From positions 1 to 32,669 of the forward strand of contig JAGWGS010000001.1 in assembly GCA_028867235.1 (NCBI GenBank): a stretch of 32,669 bases of DNA. Direction: 5' to 3'. Positions 9,156 to 15,738 of this stretch are shown here, one piece after another. The number at the start of each line of letters is the position of its first letter. Position 1 is the first letter of the stretch. This stretch comes from Nitrososphaerota archaeon (GTDB lineage Archaea; Thermoproteota; Nitrososphaeria; Nitrososphaerales; Nitrosopumilaceae). The position numbers and the translations under genes were made by a program. The notes beneath the pieces are model-generated. The model made no database searches and was not told the origin of the DNA. It worked only from the letters and a program-made list of their open reading frames with translations.

Positions 9156-9818
9156 ATGTCCGAGTCACAAGGAAACAGATTCCCATTTTATGGACCGCAG
9201 GGAAGACTAGTCCTAGTAGACAGCGCGCTAGAGGCAGTAAACCGCGGCTCAACCACAATTGGAATCAAGACTCCAGACTTTGCAGTAATTGCAAGCCAAA
9301 TAAAGCCAACACACCCTTTGATGGAACCATCTGAGAAAATATTTCCAGTGGACTTTCACATTGGAGCAACAGGTGCAGGATACATTGGAGACATTTTGCA
9401 ATTAATTGACACACTAAGACTCGAGTCTCAAAAACACAGATTGACATATGAAACTCCAATTGATGTGGATTCTCTTGCAAAGCATCTTAGTAGTTTCCTG
9501 CACAACTATACAACATATGCAGTAAGACCGCAAGCAGCATCCATAATTATTTTAGGAGAGGACCAGACAGGAATACAACTCTATCAAGTGGACCCAAGCG
9601 GTACTTTCTTTAGAGGATCAGGATTTGCAATAGGTCAATCCTCTGATACAGCGCTTGATGTAATAACAAAAGGATACAACAAAAACATGAACCTAGAGCA
9701 GGCAATAGAGCTTGGAAGAGCTGCAATTGAAAAGGCACTTGGAGAAAAGCCGATTGTGGAAACTGGCATAGTAGAACACGGAAAGACATTTCGTAAGATA
9801 CGTATAGACAACTCCTAA
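9156..9818 (+). CDS. psmA: Divergent 20S proteasome alpha-type subunit
   Basis: FYGPQGRLVLVDSALEAVNRGSTTIGIK (cf. FSPDGRLFQVEYA..AV..G.T), EKIFPVDFHIG, LYQVDPSG, AIG; ATG 1 nt after the psmB stop, GGAGGT at 9139-9144. Confidence 0.9.
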   Translation: MSESQGNRFPFYGPQGRLVLVDSALEAVNRGSTTIGIKTPDFAVIASQIKPTHPLMEPSEKIFPVDFHIGATGAGYIGDILQLIDTLRLESQKHRLTYETPIDVDSLAKHLSSFLHNYTTYAVRPQAASIIILGEDQTGIQLYQVDPSGTFFRGSGFAIGQSSDTALDVITKGYNKNMNLEQAIELGRAAIEKALGEKPIVETGIVEHGKTFRKIRIDNS

Positions 9819-9828
9819 GAGCACAACT

Positions 9829-9843
9829 CTTTTTTATTTTTTA
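9829..9843 (+). terminator. Oligo-T archaeal terminator-like tract
   Basis: T-rich run directly after the psmA stop, between convergent genes. Confidence 0.45.
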
Positions 9844-9854
9844 ATATTCATTTT

Positions 9855-10643
9855 TTAGTTTGTTTCATGAGACTTGTCATTATTTGAAAAAACTTTGAGA
9901 TGTCCCATTATTCCAAATGCAAATAGTGTATACGCCCACAGATAGGGGATGTCTATTGGATGACCAGTATAGTAAGAATCATCAAGTGAAAAATACAGAT
10001 AACCAAGATCAGAGACTACAAAGCAAAACATTCCTAAAAACAGCAAAATCCATGTAAAATGAACTGCACCTCTAAAAAAGATGGCAAGACCCAATATCAC
10101 CGGAACCAGAGATATAGAATCAAGCACCGGGTATGAGGTGGCAAGTATCTTCTCATACATGTCAAGATCAGAATTGCTATCAGCAGTAACGTAGATAGTC
10201 ACACCCATAACAACAACAGGCGCAACAGTTGCAAGCACAATCATTTTCTTTGAGATCGATTTTCTAAATGGCTTTACATAATAATATGAAAAGGCAAAAA
10301 AGAAAAAATACCCTGCAAGCCAGAAATAATCAGCAGGTGATGGCCATGGTTTTTCTCCATACACCAATTCAGATATCATCCATATTCTTTCACCTACAAA
10401 CCAAAAGACCAGACACAGTGCAAGCAATATCCAGGCCTTGCCATGGTTTCCTGTTTTGCCAGTTTTTACAGACATTATCAAAGAAAGTACTAGTGCAAAC
10501 AAAGATACCCCAAAATTTAACCAGTCAGATGCCAGCGTAGCAGAATGTTTTCCAAATAAATTTGAAAACAATAATGCAAATGATATTGCAAGTAATATTA
10601 CAACAAGATATCTCATCGACGAAATCTTTTCAAAAGCCAACAT
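9855..10643 (-). CDS. Polytopic (7-8 TM) membrane protein resembling stand-alone sensor input domains
   Basis: HGKAW...WFVGERIW...PWPSPADYFWLAGY...SYPVLD...SDLGY...YYTGHPIDIPYLWAY; no catalytic domain. Confidence 0.7.
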   Translation of the reverse strand: MLAFEKISSMRYLVVILLAISFALLFSNLFGKHSATLASDWLNFGVSLFALVLSLIMSVKTGKTGNHGKAWILLALCLVFWFVGERIWMISELVYGEKPWPSPADYFWLAGYFFFFAFSYYYVKPFRKSISKKMIVLATVAPVVVMGVTIYVTADSNSDLDMYEKILATSYPVLDSISLVPVILGLAIFFRGAVHFTWILLFLGMFCFVVSDLGYLYFSLDDSYYTGHPIDIPYLWAYTLFAFGIMGHLKVFSNNDKSHETN

Positions 10644-10686
10644 CTACATTATCACTAGTCTTACAAAAATTCTTGTAATATCAGTT

Positions 10687-10965
10687 TTAAATTTTATTAA
10701 AAAAATCAACCAGGGTATTTTCTTCAGCCAGATCCCCAAGATATGATTTTATCTCAGATATTACCGACTGGTATTTTTCCTTGTATACTTCAACAAGTAC
10801 AGTTTTGAGATACTCAGGATGTTCATAACAATCAGAAATCTTGCAACCATAAAGCGCTCCAAGTCTTGCTACCACCAAATTGTATTCCACATTTCCCCTC
10901 CGCATCAATACTAATTCTATTGAAGACACAAGAGCTAGTTTGTACTGTTCAGAGTGGGAACCCAC
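10687..10965 (-). CDS. Thaumarchaeal output-domain protein (NitrOD5-like)
   Basis: SIELVL...V..RL...Y.CKISDCYEHPEYLKTVL motif; paralog at 25397. Confidence 0.7.
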   Translation of the reverse strand: MGSHSEQYKLALVSSIELVLMRRGNVEYNLVVARLGALYGCKISDCYEHPEYLKTVLVEVYKEKYQSVISEIKSYLGDLAEENTLVDFFNKI

Positions 10966-11025
10966 ACAAGTAATTTGAGTCAGATTTTATAATATTTTGT
11001 ATCCTAAAATCCTAAAAGATAGATA

Positions 11026-11763
11026 CTAGTTGTACAAGCTAAAGGCGCCAGAAGGTTTCCCGCCAGGTGCCTCAGTTTTTGTCTTTAGCAGTTTTGTTAT
11101 CTGCTCTATTATCCTATGTGCATCTATCGTAGCCTCTGACTTGCTTTTGTCATCTGCTGCGTTACTCTCAATGACAGCATAACGTGATACAATCTTCAAG
11201 TTCACATGATATTTTGACTCACCTTCCCATTGGAGAATGTATCCACCATCGCCCTGTACCATACCTAGCCAACGCAACGAGCCAAACCACTTGCCAAAAA
11301 GTTTTGCCACAAGTTGCTCAACTGTAACAGTAGTCGGTATGTATAGTTGCAATATCTGCTCAAATGGCACATTTTGACCAGATATCTTCTTTGACATGTT
11401 TTCAAGGACAATTCTAGATTTTTTTACCAATATAGAATCTAAATTCTTTGCAAGCTTGTATCCATAGTCTGTCTTTGCTACAAGACCTGCGCTTTCAAGT
11501 CTGTGTAACGAGCGTGCGAGACTTTGCTGGTGAATCCCAAGTTTTCGCACTAGTCCATTAAAAGTATACTTGGCATCAGATATGTCACTATCCTGGTTTA
11601 GCAGCGAGAGTATTTTTTTATCATTTATCTGAAAGTCATCAAGAGATATATCAGAAGAGTTGTCAATAATTATCTGGACTAGCTTTTTGTCTACTTCCAC
11701 TTCCTTTGTGTCCACCGATTTTTCTTTTTCATCCAAGTCTTTTGTATTCAATATATCACCCAA
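11026..11763 (-). CDS. Winged-HTH DNA-binding protein
   Basis: YTFNGLVRKLGIHQQSLARSLHRLESAGLVAKTDYGYKL plus an uncharacterised C-terminal domain. Confidence 0.75.
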   Translation of the reverse strand: MGDILNTKDLDEKEKSVDTKEVEVDKKLVQIIIDNSSDISLDDFQINDKKILSLLNQDSDISDAKYTFNGLVRKLGIHQQSLARSLHRLESAGLVAKTDYGYKLAKNLDSILVKKSRIVLENMSKKISGQNVPFEQILQLYIPTTVTVEQLVAKLFGKWFGSLRWLGMVQGDGGYILQWEGESKYHVNLKIVSRYAVIESNAADDKSKSEATIDAHRIIEQITKLLKTKTEAPGGKPSGAFSLYN

Positions 11764-11771
11764 TACTCCAT

Positions 11772-12044
11772 TTACTTATTTAAAACTAGTTTAACAGTCA
11801 TCAGTTGGTCAGATTCGATCAAGTTTCTATCCTTAAGGATATCCAAGTTGAATCTATTCTTTCGTGATTTTGTATTCCTAGAGTTCAATCTCAATTTATT
11901 GTTACAACATGGACAGCGAATACCTACAGATAATGAATCAACAAATATTCCACATACAGAACATGGTCTCTGCCCTGCTGCAAACCTAAATCCCCCAACT
12001 GGCTTTTTTGCCGCAAATCTATAACAGATTCCTTTGCACTTCAA
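11772..12044 (-). CDS. Cys-rich zinc-finger protein
   Basis: CKGIC...CSVC...CPCC (7 Cys), basic; SD-like GGAGAG upstream; 8 nt from the wHTH gene. Confidence 0.75.
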   Translation of the reverse strand: MKCKGICYRFAAKKPVGGFRFAAGQRPCSVCGIFVDSLSVGIRCPCCNNKLRLNSRNTKSRKNRFNLDILKDRNLIESDQLMTVKLVLNK

Positions 12045-12090
12045 TTTTTTTCTCTCCAGTTACATCCAATGTTGTTTTATACATAAAATA

Positions 12091-12116
12091 GACTAGGATT
12101 CTCAAAACCTAGTCAC
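12091..12116 (-). promoter_or_regulatory. Operator GACTAG-N12-CTAGTC, copy 2, upstream of the Zn-finger/wHTH operon and divergent NiCoT
   Basis: - strand GTGACTAGGTTTTGAGAATCCTAGTC followed by TATTTTATGTATAAAA. Confidence 0.7.
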
Positions 12117-12172
12117 ATATAACATCCTTCAAACTAAAAATAAATACGAGAGCCAAATGATAAAATCAAATC

Positions 12173-12967
12173 ATGATTGAGATATGGCCGTTTATCGCAA
12201 TTTCAATTCCTGCAATGGTATTTCTGGGCATACGCCATGCACTTGATGTTGATCATATCACTGCAATAGATAATTTAGTACGATTGCACAATGCAGTAAA
12301 AAAATCTCGTCTGGTAGGAACAGGCTTTAGCGTAGGCCACATGATCTCAGTGCTTGCAGAGATGATCTTCATAATTTACGTAATAGGCAGCATAACAAAT
12401 TCAGACAACATATCATTATTGGGTGGAGTCATCGGTGCAGTAGCACTTGGAACAATAGGTGCGACCAATATCTATTCCATGAAAAGATGGGGCAAGAGTG
12501 GCTCTGCAATACTTGCAAGTAAAGTATTAGGCAAAACAGGAATTTTAGGTCCAACAGGTTCAGCAATAGTAACAGGACTTGTATTTGGTCTAGGATTTGA
12601 TACCGCCACACAAATTTCAGCAATTACACTTTCAGCAGCATCATCCGCAACAACAGGTGTCCAGTCAGCCTTTATTTTAGCAGGATTTTTTGCAATAGGA
12701 ATGATAACCGTAGATACATTTGATAGTATCATACTGCGTTCTGCCTTTTCAAAAATGTTTTGCACAAAAGGCTTTAAGATAATATCATACTCACTAAGTG
12801 GAACAGCTCTGATGATTGCATTAGTTACATCATATGAAATACTAACAAACTCAGAGATACTTCCAAAGATGACAGGTCCCATCTTAGCAATAGGCATAAT
12901 GTCAGTATCGTTCACATATGCGTTTTTTACACAAAGAAAAACCGTACAAGAAAAATTCACAGAATAG
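12173..12967 (+). CDS. High-affinity nickel/cobalt permease (NiCoT; HoxN/HupN/NixA family)
   Basis: RHALDVDHITAID signature, FSVGH, FGLGFDTATQI, GMITVDTFD. Confidence 0.92.
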   Translation: MIEIWPFIAISIPAMVFLGIRHALDVDHITAIDNLVRLHNAVKKSRLVGTGFSVGHMISVLAEMIFIIYVIGSITNSDNISLLGGVIGAVALGTIGATNIYSMKRWGKSGSAILASKVLGKTGILGPTGSAIVTGLVFGLGFDTATQISAITLSAASSATTGVQSAFILAGFFAIGMITVDTFDSIILRSAFSKMFCTKGFKIISYSLSGTALMIALVTSYEILTNSEILPKMTGPILAIGIMSVSFTYAFFTQRKTVQEKFTE

Positions 12968-13052
12968 TAGATTTACAATAAGACACTAACCTCATTCTCA
13001 AAAGGGATATTCTTCTACAACAATAATATTCAAAATAGCACCATAGCGTTTC

Positions 13053-13472
13053 ATGACTAGCAAGTATATCCTAGCAGGAATTGCAGTAGGAATATTTCTC
13101 GCAGGACTAGGTATAGGCTATGCCATTTTTATAAACACTGTAAACCCATACCAAATGATGAGTGGAAATCCTTCTATGTTTAATCAAATGATGGGGAAAA
13201 ATCCACAGGTACAAGGACAATGCATGTCATACATGATGCAAAACCCACAGTACATGAGCCAATTCATGACACAGAATCCACAGTACATTGGTCAATTGAT
13301 GGGAACCATGATGCAAGATCCCCAGATGAGACAACAGATGTACAGTTACATGCTACAAAACCAAGATTTCATATACCAAATGATGAAAGACAAGAACTTT
13401 CAAAATACCTACATGGGTCCATGGATGATGCAGAACAACTTTACCTACAACGGGATGATGTGGCGCCGATGA
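13053..13472 (+). CDS. Membrane-anchored Met/Gln-rich protein with MMQ(N/D)PQ repeats
   Basis: N-terminal TM; MMSGNPS, MMGKNPQ, MMQNPQ, MTQNPQ, MMQDPQ, MLQNQD. Confidence 0.8.
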   Translation: MTSKYILAGIAVGIFLAGLGIGYAIFINTVNPYQMMSGNPSMFNQMMGKNPQVQGQCMSYMMQNPQYMSQFMTQNPQYIGQLMGTMMQDPQMRQQMYSYMLQNQDFIYQMMKDKNFQNTYMGPWMMQNNFTYNGMMWRR

Positions 13473-13530
13473 TATCAAAGATAATCAACAACATCATTAT
13501 AACTTGCAGATACAATACCCAATTACAATA

Positions 13531-13920
13531 ATGACAAAGTTCAGCTACACCACCAAGACCGAAAAAACAATAGACAAGACAATAGAGGACATTACAACAA
13601 ATCTAAAAGAGATTGGTTTCGGGGTCTTAGGGATACTTGATTTTAAAGCAATTTTGCAAAAGAAAGGGCTCAATTACAAAGAAGAATATAGACTGCTAGA
13701 AGTATGTAATCCTGGCGCAGCAAAACAGGCACTAGAATCAAACCCAGAGATAGGACTGTTACTGCCATGCACCATTGCGGTATACCAAAAAGACAAGGAA
13801 AATTTCATCAGCCTTGCCAGGCCCACTGTGCTTCTTGCAACTATCAAAGACAGCAGATTAGACAAGATGGGTAGTGATATTGAGCAAAAACTTGTAGATG
13901 TAATTGAAAAAATAAAATAA
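13531..13920 (+). CDS. DUF302 domain protein
   Basis: GFGVLGILD...YRLLEVCNP..A...L......GLLLPCTIAVY...ISLARP. Confidence 0.9.
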   Translation: MTKFSYTTKTEKTIDKTIEDITTNLKEIGFGVLGILDFKAILQKKGLNYKEEYRLLEVCNPGAAKQALESNPEIGLLLPCTIAVYQKDKENFISLARPTVLLATIKDSRLDKMGSDIEQKLVDVIEKIK

Positions 13921-13921
13921 A

Positions 13922-14635
13922 TTATTTTTGTTTTTTTGTAATTGCAATAACTGCTATTACAATTCCAGCAATGCCAATTCCTATTCCAGTCATACTTATC
14001 ATGTACAATTTGTCGGTAGTATCTTTTACCTGTTGGAATGATTGTACAACATTTGATACACTCTTTGCTGCCGAGTCTGCATTATTTTTTGCATCTTCAA
14101 TGTCACTTGTCAATTGATTCACAAGTGTGCCCATTTGGCTTGTGTCAACAGAACTGCCAGATGAAGATCCACTTGATGCTGGAAAGTTCAAAACATCCAC
14201 ACTTGCAACATCATCAAGAGGTATCTCAGCATCAATTGCTTGTTCGTTTATCGAACCCTTGAATACAAGATTGTATGTTCCAACCCTAGTCGGAATCAAT
14301 GGTGAAACATACTGTCCATCAACTGTACTGCTTGGCAAAAAGTCAAGAGGTTTTGTTACACCACCATATTGAATTGAAATTTGCATATCCTTTAGTGCAT
14401 TAATTACAGGGGTTGCACTGTCACCACTTCCCTTTTTGACTGTGACTTGGACTGCATTTACAAGACCAGTGTATACCGGCTCGTTGTCCCAGCCAACTTC
14501 AACAAGGTAATTCCCAAAGACTTTGGTTATATGCGCTTCAGCAGGCTTTACACCCAAGGGTGAGACAAATACAAGAGTTGCAACAAGAAACAATACAGTC
14601 CCAGTAACAAGAAATTTTTTCATCATGTTATCCAC
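13922..14635 (-). CDS. Secreted, C-terminally anchored protein with predicted mature N-terminal His
   Basis: Signal ending AEA|H; VGWDNEP...beta-rich domain...PTRVGTY; coiled coil; C-terminal TM plus KKQK. Confidence 0.8.
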   Translation of the reverse strand: MDNMMKKFLVTGTVLFLVATLVFVSPLGVKPAEAHITKVFGNYLVEVGWDNEPVYTGLVNAVQVTVKKGSGDSATPVINALKDMQISIQYGGVTKPLDFLPSSTVDGQYVSPLIPTRVGTYNLVFKGSINEQAIDAEIPLDDVASVDVLNFPASSGSSSGSSVDTSQMGTLVNQLTSDIEDAKNNADSAAKSVSNVVQSFQQVKDTTDKLYMISMTGIGIGIAGIVIAVIAITKKQK

Positions 14636-14646
14636 GTGACGATATC

Positions 14647-15579
14647 TTAGAATCGCACCTGTGATTTGAATCTAGTTACCAATACTACACCTGTAATTGA
14701 AATTATAATCAAGACGGCAGGCAATGGAAATTCTGGCACTGCAGGAGTAGATGCCTCTTGAATGTTATATGATGCAATTAATGCTGGATGAATGCCTACA
14801 TGTGCATCTTTCATTATGGTATTGGCATCTGCCTTGTTACCTAGATCTTGAACTAGCTTTGTAAAGCCAGCAGCAATCTTGTCATTTCCAGCAACACTTG
14901 AGTTCTTTGATGCTACATCACTGAACATTTGTTGTGCGGCAGTTGCAAGTCCTATTGAATTTTCATAAGCATTCTGATTAACTATAGTAGCAGGCATTGA
15001 CGTGGAACTTGACATGCCTGACATGGAGCCAGACATTGAACCACTAGTGCCATTACCATTCATGTTCATTTGTGACATGTCATTCAAGTCAACAGTAGAA
15101 TTTAGTGCGTCACCGTATTTTTCAAGTGACTCTTTTAGAACAAAAACTACAGCAAGTGCTTGTACTGTAGAATTGCCAAGTTTGGACGAGTCCACTCGAG
15201 CAGATACAGATTCATCAAGATAGTTACCAAGCAGGGTTACATCATCTTGTGTACCAGTTGCATTGTTAGATTGAGCATCAGATATAGTAGAATTGATAAG
15301 AGTTGGAATTTGCTTTGCCAACAAGGCGTTTCTCTCACCCGTCTCTCTAGTGTCATTTGCATTCCAATATTCATTTAATGCATCTGCATAGTATCCTATT
15401 GCTTCCTTGCTACCTACATGTTTTGACACAAGACCAACTTCTGTCTTTATTTCAGAGACTTTGGCAAGCCATGATGCGCTCTCATCCCCACCAAAGTTAT
15501 GTGCAAAAGCAGGATGAGTATAGATTAAACCTGATGTTAGAATCGCTGATAACAATATTGCAATTAATTTATTGTTCAC
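14647..15579 (-). CDS. PEF(G)-CTERM sorting-signal surface protein, Met-rich linker, mature N-terminal His
   Basis: GTG 15579 (TATA TTTTAAAT ~25 nt upstream); AFA|HNFGG; MSQMNM...SMSGSMSGMS; HVGIHP; VPEFP-TM-basic tail. Confidence 0.8.
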   Translation of the reverse strand: MNNKLIAILLSAILTSGLIYTHPAFAHNFGGDESASWLAKVSEIKTEVGLVSKHVGSKEAIGYYADALNEYWNANDTRETGERNALLAKQIPTLINSTISDAQSNNATGTQDDVTLLGNYLDESVSARVDSSKLGNSTVQALAVVFVLKESLEKYGDALNSTVDLNDMSQMNMNGNGTSGSMSGSMSGMSSSTSMPATIVNQNAYENSIGLATAAQQMFSDVASKNSSVAGNDKIAAGFTKLVQDLGNKADANTIMKDAHVGIHPALIASYNIQEASTPAVPEFPLPAVLIIISITGVVLVTRFKSQVRF

Positions 15580-15616
15580 AGAAAATAAACAAGATTTGTC
15601 ATTTAAAAGTCTTATA

Positions 15617-15630
15617 GTACAACAATCGAA
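15617..15630 (-). promoter_or_regulatory. Copper-locus motif (TTCG-N6-GTAC) upstream of the 14647 gene TATA box
   Basis: - strand TTCGATTGTTGTAC, about 9 nt before TTTTAAAT. Confidence 0.6.
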
Positions 15631-15670
15631 TGACATAAAGATCATGCAATAAGCATTGTCAACAATCTAA

Positions 15671-15688
15671 TGTTCGATGATTGTACCA
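15671..15688 (+). promoter_or_regulatory. Copper-locus motif TGTTCGATGATTGTACCA upstream of the copC/D fusion
   Basis: Identical 18-mer to 19489-19506. Confidence 0.7.
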
Positions 15689-15738
15689 CAAATTGAGCAA
15701 GAGCAATATACTAAATCAAACAATTCAAGTTGTACTAG

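Noticed and set aside
13150-13450. DNA-level repeats suggesting a CRISPR or tandem array
   Set aside because: Degenerate and in frame; explained by the protein's MMQNPQ repeats
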